Origin: Roseibacillus sp.
GTDB lineage: Bacteria; Verrucomicrobiota; Verrucomicrobiia; Verrucomicrobiales; Akkermansiaceae
DNA: 64,000 nt
Assembly (NCBI GenBank): GCA_965242925.1
Contig: CBDEUM010000014.1
Span: 512,001-576,000, forward strand
Reading direction: 5' to 3'
The notes beneath the pieces were generated by a model. That model was not told where the DNA came from, did not search any database, and worked only from the letters and a program-made list of their open reading frames with translations. This document shows, piece by piece, positions 36,940 to 45,099 of this stretch; position 1 is the stretch's first letter, and each line of letters opens with the position of its first letter. The translations under genes were made by a program, and so were the position numbers.

Positions 36940-38412
36940 ATGTCACGAGCTCTCGCCATCCTCCTGTCAGCCTGCTCCTGGCTGGCCTCCGCCAAGCCAC
37001 CAGGCGACAATGGACTCCTCGCTGACCGGCCCAGCATCCTCTTTATTTTCGCGGACGATCAGCGCAACCATACCCTCGGTTGCGCAGGACACCCGGTGGT
37101 CAAGACTCCCAATATCGATCTGCTCGCCGGCAGTGGGGTGCGTTTCGAGAACGCCTTTGTGACAACTTCCACCTGCTGGGCCAGCCGAGCCTGTCTCTTC
37201 ACCGGCTGCTACGAGCGCCGGCACCTCTACCGCGCCTCGCCGGGGCCACTCAACCCCGACCTTTGCCAGACCAGCTACTTCACCCGGCTCAAAGCCGCCG
37301 GCTACCGCACCGGACACCTGGGCAAGGAACACGTCTCCATTGCTGAGAAGGACGCCGCTGCCATGTGGAGCGTGCGTCGCAAGCTAGGCCGGAATCCTTA
37401 CTTCAAAAAACAAGCTGATGGGAGCGCCCGCCACACAACCCAGATCCTGGGAGACTGGGGCATCAAGTTCCTGGCAGAGCAACCCCGGAACCGCCCCTTC
37501 TGTCTTCAGATCTCCTTCAATGCCACGCACGCCGAGGACGGAGACAAACGTCCAGGCATCGGTCACTTTCCCTGGCCCAAGGTGATGAACGGCAAGTATG
37601 AAGGCCAGGAAATGCCTCTTCCCCCGCTCAATGATCCGGCGATCTACGAGTCGCAGCCCGACTTCCTCAAGAAATCGATCAATCGGCAACGCTACTTCTG
37701 GCGCTGGGACACCCCCGGGAAATACCAGACCAACATGCGGGCCTACTTCCGCATGATCAGCGGAATCGATCATGTCGTCGGCCGCCTCGTGGCACAGCTT
37801 GAGAAACAGGGCCTCGCCGACAACACGGTGATCATCTACACGGCTGACAATGGTTACTACCTGGGCGACCGCGGCTTTGCCGGCAAGTGGACTCACTACG
37901 AGCAGTCCCTGCGCGTCCCGCTCATCGTCCACGACCCTCGATTGCCTGAGCCCAAGCGGGGACGTGTGCTTTCGGAGATGGCTCTCAACAGCGACCTGGG
38001 TGCTACCATCATCGACCTGGCAGGCCTGCCCGCTCCCATCAGCCACACCGGCCGCAGCCTGCTGCCCCTCCTCCGGGGCGACCCCCCCGGGGACTGGCGT
38101 CGCGAGTTTCTCTGCGAATTCCTCGCTGTCCCGCGAACGATCCCGCGCTGGGAAGGGGTGCGCGGGACGGACTGGTCCTACGCACGCTACTTTGTCGACG
38201 GACCGGACAAGTCCCCCTTGGAGTTCTTACACGACCTGAAGCACGACCCCTCGCAACTGGTCAACATCGCCGCCCTTCCCACCCGCCTGCAGACGGAGAG
38301 CCACACTCTCGCTCTCCTCAAAATGCGGAAGCGCTGCAATACCCTGGTGGCAGCCAACGGTCTGCCCATGAAGGACATCCCCGGCTCCCGCCCCCCCGCC
38401 TCAAGGAAGTAG
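36940..38412 (+). CDS. Sulfatase
   Basis: ILFIFADDQR, CWASR, ADNGYYLGDRG, GKW, EQSLRVP. Confidence 0.91.
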   Translation: MSRALAILLSACSWLASAKPPGDNGLLADRPSILFIFADDQRNHTLGCAGHPVVKTPNIDLLAGSGVRFENAFVTTSTCWASRACLFTGCYERRHLYRASPGPLNPDLCQTSYFTRLKAAGYRTGHLGKEHVSIAEKDAAAMWSVRRKLGRNPYFKKQADGSARHTTQILGDWGIKFLAEQPRNRPFCLQISFNATHAEDGDKRPGIGHFPWPKVMNGKYEGQEMPLPPLNDPAIYESQPDFLKKSINRQRYFWRWDTPGKYQTNMRAYFRMISGIDHVVGRLVAQLEKQGLADNTVIIYTADNGYYLGDRGFAGKWTHYEQSLRVPLIVHDPRLPEPKRGRVLSEMALNSDLGATIIDLAGLPAPISHTGRSLLPLLRGDPPGDWRREFLCEFLAVPRTIPRWEGVRGTDWSYARYFVDGPDKSPLEFLHDLKHDPSQLVNIAALPTRLQTESHTLALLKMRKRCNTLVAANGLPMKDIPGSRPPASRK

Positions 38413-38450
38413 CCGAGGATAGCGGTTCGCGTTTTTCCTGCTCCCCTGAC

Positions 38451-40388
38451 TCACCGGATCGTCTCCATCGCTTCCACCACCCGGGCGCCCTCGCCCTTCA
38501 CTTTCTGCGGGATGATCGATCGGATCCTCTTCATGGGCACCACCCCCGAACGCCCCAGGGCTTCCAGTGCATTCAAGGCCGCCAGGGACTCATAGACGTT
38601 CCCCTCGTTGACCACTTTGACGAGAACCGGAAGGCCCTTCTCGCTTGCCCCAAGAATGCCCAGCGCCTCTGCCGCAACCACCCGCACATCGAGGGCGGAA
38701 TCCTCCAGCAACCCGAGGAGGGCCGCCTTCAAGGGAGCGGCCTCCTGGCCAAGAATCAGGGCTCCGGTGGAGGCCCAGTAACGCACCAGGGGGGACCCGG
38801 ACCCCAGATCGGGTCGCAGGCGCGGCACATCCCGGGAAGTGGCAATGCTTGCCGCCATCGCGGCAGAGCAGACCTTCTTCCACTCCTCCCCCGGGATGCC
38901 TTTGACGTAATCATAAAGGGTCCCCTCCGCGGCCAGTCGCAGCCCCAGACCTTCCGGGACCAGACCGGCATCCCGTGCGCCCGGATCGAGTAGCTTCGCC
39001 ATCAGGGCGGCCTCCGCTTTTGCAAATCCGGTATCGGGGACAGGGACCCCGTTTTGCTCGCGCTGCCTCAGCCGCTTGAGCGTTGCCTCAAATCCTTCTT
39101 TCGGATCTCTCCTGAATGCGTCAAAGACCTGCAGCCGGTCATACGCGGTCTGATAGAACTCAATCCCCCCCTTGGGCTCCCAATAGCGGGACTGGAGCTT
39201 GTTGCACTTCCCCGCCTTGAAGGCTTCATACCAGGACCCCATGCTCGCCAGCACCCGGAAGGGATAGGTGTAGGCCTGGCCCAGCGGACGGTGGGGGGAG
39301 AAATTGCGGACATAGAGCTGCTCCTTGGTACGAATCGCCCGCACGGTGTCATAACGCTCATCCATTCGACCCCGGTAGAGATAGACATATTCCCGTTCCT
39401 CGACATTGGGTCCGAGAAACGGCTTCCCCTCCCAGATCGCGGGAATCTTCAACCCGCAGAGATTGACCGCGGTGGCCGGAAAATCAACGAAGGCCACCAA
39501 CTCTTGCGCAATCCCATTGTCGTTCCTGGTCCTGGGGGCGAGATGCTTCCACTTTTCCGGGAAACGAATGATCAGCGGAACCCGGGTCCCCGTATCGTGG
39601 ATGTTCCGCTTCCCGCGGGGGAGCGCTCCCCCGTGATCCGCGAAGTAGAACACAATGGTGTTCTCCGCCGCGCCCGACTCTTCCAGTTCCCGGAGCCGTT
39701 CCCCCACCCATTGGTCCATGAGATGGATGTTGTCGTAGTAGCGGGACCAGTTCTCCCGGATCTCCGGGGTATCGGGATGGTAAGGAGCAATGACGTCCAG
39801 CGGCACTTTCCCCGGCGGCACGATACGCTGGGGCGGATTCCTGTCCCTGCGTCCGTGATAGGCCTTGTCGGTGGTCTGGCCCTCATGCGACAGGGTGGTG
39901 TTGAAGACGGCAAAGAAGGGCTGGCCCTTTTCCCGGTTCCGGTAGTGCGCCTTGTTCCCGTTCGCGTGCCAGCCAACGTCCTTCCAGCCCGCCCGCTTTC
40001 CGTTGATCGACATGTTGTAGTCGGTCTTGGCGTTGTTGGTGCAGTAATAACCGGCCTCACGGAAGACCTGCGGGTAGTAGACCAGGGAATCAGGAACCCG
40101 CACGCTGCTGCGATGATTATGAAGCCCGAGGGTGCTGGCATTCATCCCGGTAATGAGGGTCGAGCGGGCCACCGAGCAGACCGGGGCGGAGGAGTAGGCA
40201 TGAATATACCGCATTCCCTGCCCGGCCAGCCGGTCCAGGTTGGGCGTCTTCGCAAGGGGATCCCCGTAGCACCCGAGGTAAGGGCTGTTGTCCTCGCTCG
40301 TGATCCAGAGGATGTTGGGACGATCCGGCTCAGCCGCCAGGAGCGTCCAGGAGGAGGCCAGGATTGTAAAAAGGGTGAAGCGTACCAC
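38451..40388 (-). CDS. Sulfatase with C-terminal HEAT-like repeats
   Basis: Probable GTG start at 40388; PNILWITSEDN, CSVAR, NNAKTDYN, ADHGG, RMDERYD; C-terminal LVRYWA..LLEDSALDVRVVAAEAL helical repeats. Confidence 0.9.
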   Translation of the reverse strand: MVRFTLFTILASSWTLLAAEPDRPNILWITSEDNSPYLGCYGDPLAKTPNLDRLAGQGMRYIHAYSSAPVCSVARSTLITGMNASTLGLHNHRSSVRVPDSLVYYPQVFREAGYYCTNNAKTDYNMSINGKRAGWKDVGWHANGNKAHYRNREKGQPFFAVFNTTLSHEGQTTDKAYHGRRDRNPPQRIVPPGKVPLDVIAPYHPDTPEIRENWSRYYDNIHLMDQWVGERLRELEESGAAENTIVFYFADHGGALPRGKRNIHDTGTRVPLIIRFPEKWKHLAPRTRNDNGIAQELVAFVDFPATAVNLCGLKIPAIWEGKPFLGPNVEEREYVYLYRGRMDERYDTVRAIRTKEQLYVRNFSPHRPLGQAYTYPFRVLASMGSWYEAFKAGKCNKLQSRYWEPKGGIEFYQTAYDRLQVFDAFRRDPKEGFEATLKRLRQREQNGVPVPDTGFAKAEAALMAKLLDPGARDAGLVPEGLGLRLAAEGTLYDYVKGIPGEEWKKVCSAAMAASIATSRDVPRLRPDLGSGSPLVRYWASTGALILGQEAAPLKAALLGLLEDSALDVRVVAAEALGILGASEKGLPVLVKVVNEGNVYESLAALNALEALGRSGVVPMKRIRSIIPQKVKGEGARVVEAMETIR

Positions 40389-40523
40389 GCAGGCGGTGTA
40401 GCCGCATCTTCCCGCGATGGCAACTCCACGACAGGCACTCCCCACCGGAGCCCTTGCAGAACGCTGCCCATGTGCGAGCTTGCCTTTCGTCCCGCGCCCC
40501 TTTCCGATATCCTCCACCTCCCA

Positions 40524-42137
40524 ATGACAAGAGTTCTCGTCATCGCCCTGCTTTTCGCCTGCCTCCCGGTCCTCGCCAGGACGCCGGACCAAAAGCCCAA
40601 TATCGTCCTTCTCTTCGCGGACGATCTTGGGCGCTACGCTTCCGCCTATTCGCACCCCGAAATTCCCTCGGTCAACGACATTGTCTCCACCCCCACCTTT
40701 GATCGCATCGCAAAGGAGGGAGCCCTCGGCTGGAACGTCTTTGTCTCCGCTCCTTCCTGTTCCCCCTCCCGGGCCGCCCTCATTTCGGGCCGGCACTTTT
40801 TCCGCAACGGGTCCCACTCCCAGCTGCACACTCCCTGGCACGGCAACCGCTCGCAGGACCCGTGGAACGAGGTCAAGGGCTTCGCCCTTCTCCTGCAGCA
40901 GGGGGGCTACCACATCGGCTGGTCACACAAGATGCACATTTCGGAAGACCGCATGGGTGGCAGACAGAACAACTTCCGGCAGGCCGGCGGAAAGGTGAAC
41001 CAGTTTTCCCAGACCGTGAGTGGCGCAATCGGCACCCCGGCGGACGAGGCAACCATTGAAAAAGCCAAGCAGAAGCTCTTCGACGAGTGTCGCGGGAACT
41101 TCAAGGCCTTCCTTGCCAAGCGCAAGCCGGGGCAACCCTTCTACTACTCCTTCCATCCCACCAACCCGCACCGCAAGTGGACCAAGGGCTCCGGCAAGAA
41201 CCTCTGGGGCCTCAACCCGGATGCCCTGGCCAGGGTCATGCCTCCCTTTCTCCCCAACGTTCCTGAGGTTCGCGAAGACCTCGCCGATTACCTCGGGGAA
41301 GGTATGGCCTTCGATCACAGCTGCCGGGAAATCATCGCTGAACTGGAAAAGATCGGAGAACTCGACAACACTCTCCTCGTCATCTCCGGTGATCACGGCG
41401 CACCCGGATTTCCCCGCGGTAAGACCAACTGCTACGACTTCGGGGCCCGTGTTCTTTTTGCAGCCCGCTGGCCCGGCCGCATCAAGCCGGGACAGGTCAT
41501 TACCAAACCGGTCTCGCTCATTGATCTCGCGCCTACCTTCCTCGCGGCTGCCGGGCTGAACCCCGAAAAGGGCATGAACGGGCAGAACCTCCTCCCCGCC
41601 CTCGCCGCAGGAGATCACGCAAGGCTGCGCGGCTGGGCTCTGATCGGCCGGGAGACACATGTCAACACCGCCCGCGGCGGACTCCCCTACCCGACCCGTG
41701 CCCTGCGCACCGAGGACTACCTCGTGATCGTCAACTTCACCCCCGAACGGGCCCCCATGGGGGAACCCCTCAAGCTGATCGACCCCCAGCCCCCCACCTA
41801 CGAGCAGATCGAGAACAACACCCGCCTCACCTACGGTGACGTGGATGCCGGTCCCACCAAGGCCTGGATGATAAAGCACCGCGACGATCCCAAATACAAA
41901 CGCCACTGGGAGCTGGGCTTCGGCCCCCGCCCCCGCGAGGAGTTTTACGACCTCAACAGCGATCCCCACCAGATCAACAATCTGGCGGGAAACAAGGCCT
42001 ACGACGCCATCCGCGACGCCCTGCGCGGTCTCCTCCTGGACGAACTTCGCCGAAACAAGGATCCCCGCCTGGAAGGCGACACCTTCGATAAGCCGCCCTA
42101 TAACAAGAAAACCAGGGCCGGACAGACCAAGCGCTAG
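40524..42137 (+). CDS. Sulfatase (sulfamidase-like)
   Basis: Start MTRVLV at 40524 with signal peptide; PNIVLLFADDLG, CSPSR, NPHR, GDHG..FPRGK, GRETHV. Confidence 0.91.
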   Translation: MTRVLVIALLFACLPVLARTPDQKPNIVLLFADDLGRYASAYSHPEIPSVNDIVSTPTFDRIAKEGALGWNVFVSAPSCSPSRAALISGRHFFRNGSHSQLHTPWHGNRSQDPWNEVKGFALLLQQGGYHIGWSHKMHISEDRMGGRQNNFRQAGGKVNQFSQTVSGAIGTPADEATIEKAKQKLFDECRGNFKAFLAKRKPGQPFYYSFHPTNPHRKWTKGSGKNLWGLNPDALARVMPPFLPNVPEVREDLADYLGEGMAFDHSCREIIAELEKIGELDNTLLVISGDHGAPGFPRGKTNCYDFGARVLFAARWPGRIKPGQVITKPVSLIDLAPTFLAAAGLNPEKGMNGQNLLPALAAGDHARLRGWALIGRETHVNTARGGLPYPTRALRTEDYLVIVNFTPERAPMGEPLKLIDPQPPTYEQIENNTRLTYGDVDAGPTKAWMIKHRDDPKYKRHWELGFGPRPREEFYDLNSDPHQINNLAGNKAYDAIRDALRGLLLDELRRNKDPRLEGDTFDKPPYNKKTRAGQTKR

Positions 42138-42204
42138 GCCAGCGGAAATCGCATTCCTCCACTTGCAGAGAAGGTCTGCCCTTGCTAAGGGCGCGGTCCA
42201 TTCC

Positions 42205-42753
42205 ATGAGCACGACCCCGCGCTTCCTCCTCAAAGTCTTCCTCTACCAGATCAACCCCGAGATCTGGCGGCGCTTCTCCATCCCGGCCACCGCCACCTTC
42301 AAGCAGCTGCACGAAGCGGTGCAGCAGGCCATGGGCTGGCAGGACAAGCACTGGCACGAGTTCCGCCATGGGAAAGGAAAGCGCCTCCTTGACGTCATCG
42401 GTCCCGACCACGAAGAGGTCGAAAAGGGCGAGAACTTCCAGGAGGAGAGCACGGTCACCCTGCAGGACTTCGTGGGCCGCCGCCACTTGCCCCTCCGCTT
42501 CCTCTATCGCTACGACTTCAACGACGAATGGGTGCACGAAATCGCGATCGAGGGCAGGAAGGAGGACGACGAGGGAGATCTTCCTGTCCTCCTGGAAGGG
42601 GAGCGAGCCTGTCCTCCGGAGGACTGTGGAGGGGCCTTCGGCTACATGGCGGCCCTCAAGGGGGATCTCATGTGGCTCGACGACGACTACGACCCCGCCC
42701 GCTTCGATCCCGGGAAAGTGAAGTTCTCCGGGCGGCGGAAACGCAGGAAGTAA
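42205..42753 (+). CDS. pRiA4b ORF-3 family protein
   Basis: PEIWRRF..LHEAVQQAMGW...H.HEF, YRYDF.D.W.H, GERACPPEDCGG..GY, DPARFD. Confidence 0.88.
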   Translation: MSTTPRFLLKVFLYQINPEIWRRFSIPATATFKQLHEAVQQAMGWQDKHWHEFRHGKGKRLLDVIGPDHEEVEKGENFQEESTVTLQDFVGRRHLPLRFLYRYDFNDEWVHEIAIEGRKEDDEGDLPVLLEGERACPPEDCGGAFGYMAALKGDLMWLDDDYDPARFDPGKVKFSGRRKRRK

Positions 42754-42762
42754 GCCGCCGGG

Positions 42763-43440
42763 TCAATCTGCGAGGTAGGCCGAGATATTGTTCTCGCGAC
42801 GGGCACCTTCCTCGTTGCACTGCCAACAGGTGCCGCTCCCGACATCCAGGGCGGTCAACCATTGCCCTCCGCAGGCCAAGGTATCGATGCATATCGCATG
42901 GCCCAGGTTGACGGGTTCGCCACTCTCCTGGGACGTATGTCCGCAGACCATCACTTTCCCGTTCCGATGCGGAGGCACCTTCCGGAACCTTTCCCAGAAG
43001 AGCATGAATTCGTCCTGGTCCTCAAGGGGCAGGTGGGACGCCGCATTGGCATGCACGAAGAAGTGCGTCTCCATCTCATAAAACGGCAACGCGCCCTCAA
43101 TGAACTGCCAGTGTTCTTCGGGGACGGCGCTGAGCTTGTCTGTCCCGTAGGACTTCAGGGTGTCTCCCCCTCCCACCCGGTCCTCCTCCCAGTTCACGAA
43201 AGCCTGTTCCGAGCCCCGGGCGGCCAACATCAGGATTTCGTGATTCCCCATCAGGCTCACCACCTTCACCCGCGTCCGCAGTTCAAGGAGGAAATCGATT
43301 ACACCCTTCGAGTCCGGCCCACGATCGACATAGTCGCCGAGGGTGACGATGATGTCCCCCTCGGAAAACTCCGCATATTCCGCCAGTGCCTCAAGCGCCG
43401 CCCGGCATCCATGAATGTCTCCTATCGCAATTGTCCGCAT
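42763..43440 (-). CDS. PPP-family serine/threonine phosphatase-like metallophosphoesterase
   Basis: MRTIAIGDIHG, GDYVDRGPDS, GNHE, FVHA, CGHT, CIDT. Confidence 0.92.
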   Translation of the reverse strand: MRTIAIGDIHGCRAALEALAEYAEFSEGDIIVTLGDYVDRGPDSKGVIDFLLELRTRVKVVSLMGNHEILMLAARGSEQAFVNWEEDRVGGGDTLKSYGTDKLSAVPEEHWQFIEGALPFYEMETHFFVHANAASHLPLEDQDEFMLFWERFRKVPPHRNGKVMVCGHTSQESGEPVNLGHAICIDTLACGGQWLTALDVGSGTCWQCNEEGARRENNISAYLAD

Positions 43441-43509
43441 CGGGGCTCCATACGACGCCCCGCCTCCCGACTTGCAAGTCCCTTTCCCTCCCCCCACCAT
43501 TTTCCACCC

Positions 43510-45099
43510 ATGCCCCGCCTCCTTCTTCTCTCTCTGGTTTCCTGGCTCGCGCCCCTTCTTTCCGGGGCCCGGCCCGTTCAGACCAGTCCGAACATTGTCA
43601 TCTTCTTCGCCGACGACATGGGCATGGGCGACACCTCGGTTTATCAGGACTGGAGCGGCAACAGGGGCGACGTCCAGCTGCACACCCCGAACATGGAGCG
43701 CATGGCCAACATGGGCGTCCGCTTCACCGATGCCCACTCCCCCCACAGCCGGTGCAGCACCTCCCGCTATGCCCTGCTTACCGGGCGCTACTGCTGGCGC
43801 ACCTCACTCAAGTACTGGGTGCTCTTCGGCGTCCAATGCGATCCTCTCATCGAAAAATCCCGCCCCACCCTTGCCAGTTTTCTCCGCAGCAACGACTACC
43901 GGACCGGAATGGTGGGCAAGTGGCACCTCGGGCTGGGCTACCAGCGCAGCGACGGATCCCCGGCCGATGGGTGGGACGACGCCGATCTCACCCGGCCCCT
44001 TGCCGATGGCCCCGTCGATCACGGCTTTGATTTCTTCTACGGCATTTCGCGGAGTCACCCCACCTCCGGCCCGAACGGCAGGCATTCCAATACGCCTGAG
44101 CAACGCCGGGGACCGGGCTGGATTCACAATCGGCGCATGGTGGGGGCCACCGGCCGGGGCAAGCAGTTGGACGGCTCCTATGTCCTCCGGGAAATTGGTC
44201 CCACCCTTCACGGAAAGGCCTTTGAATTCCTCCGCCGTGCGACCACCGCCCGAAAACCATTCTTCCTCTACTTCGCCAGCCCGGCCAATCACACTCCCCA
44301 CACTCCCTGCAAGTCCATCGCCGGGCGCAAGGTGGCAGGGGCGAGCACCTTTGTGGATGGAACGCCGACGGGCAGTGAACGCCTCGATTTCATCTACGAG
44401 AATGACGTGCAGGTCGGTCTCCTCCTCGATTACCTGCAGCGCACGGAGGATCCAAGGCGACCGGGGCAGAAACTCTTCGACAACACTCTCTTCATCTTTG
44501 CCAGCGACAACGGGGCCGAAAACAGATCCAAGTCCGCCACCGGCCCGCTCCGCAGCAACAAGGGTTCCACCTATGAAGGAGGGCACCGCATCCCCTTCTT
44601 TGCCTGCTGGCCGGCGGGTGGACTGGGAGACGGGCGCCCCAAGACCCCGGGCCGCACCTGTAGCCGCCTGCTTGCCCTCAACGACCTCTTCGCGACCTTT
44701 GCCCGGATTCTCAACAAGCCATTACCTGACTTGTCCAAGGGCGAAATCGGGGCAGAAGACAGCTTCCCGCAACTGGCCGCCCTGCGGGGGGAGCCCTTCA
44801 AGCCACGCCCGCCGATCTTCCCCAATGACCACAGCGAGGCTTCGAAAAAGAACTCGGACCGGCGTGCGGTGGTGGCCGTCCGCTCCAACGCCACCCCCAT
44901 CAAGGGCCAGTGGAAGCTCTTTCTCGATCACCGCTTCGCCCTGAAAGGGGAACTCCATCCCACCGAGCTCTACAACTTGGCGGTGGACCAACGCGAACAA
45001 GACAACCTGCTGAACACTCCCGGAACCGGACCCGCCCAGGACTACCTCCTCCAGGAGGCGGCCAAGGCCCGGGGTGACAACGGCTCCACCAGACCATGA
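43510..45099 (+). CDS. Arylsulfatase
   Basis: Start MPRLLL at 43510; PNIVIFFADDMG, CSTSRYALLTG, GKWHLG, SDNG, EGGHRIP. Confidence 0.91.
   Translation: MPRLLLLSLVSWLAPLLSGARPVQTSPNIVIFFADDMGMGDTSVYQDWSGNRGDVQLHTPNMERMANMGVRFTDAHSPHSRCSTSRYALLTGRYCWRTSLKYWVLFGVQCDPLIEKSRPTLASFLRSNDYRTGMVGKWHLGLGYQRSDGSPADGWDDADLTRPLADGPVDHGFDFFYGISRSHPTSGPNGRHSNTPEQRRGPGWIHNRRMVGATGRGKQLDGSYVLREIGPTLHGKAFEFLRRATTARKPFFLYFASPANHTPHTPCKSIAGRKVAGASTFVDGTPTGSERLDFIYENDVQVGLLLDYLQRTEDPRRPGQKLFDNTLFIFASDNGAENRSKSATGPLRSNKGSTYEGGHRIPFFACWPAGGLGDGRPKTPGRTCSRLLALNDLFATFARILNKPLPDLSKGEIGAEDSFPQLAALRGEPFKPRPPIFPNDHSEASKKNSDRRAVVAVRSNATPIKGQWKLFLDHRFALKGELHPTELYNLAVDQREQDNLLNTPGTGPAQDYLLQEAAKARGDNGSTRP

Noticed and set aside
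42205..42753. Plasmid or mobile element implied by the pRiA4b ORF-3 family name
   Set aside because: No transposase, integrase, terminal repeats or compositional shift nearby; the family is commonly chromosomal.
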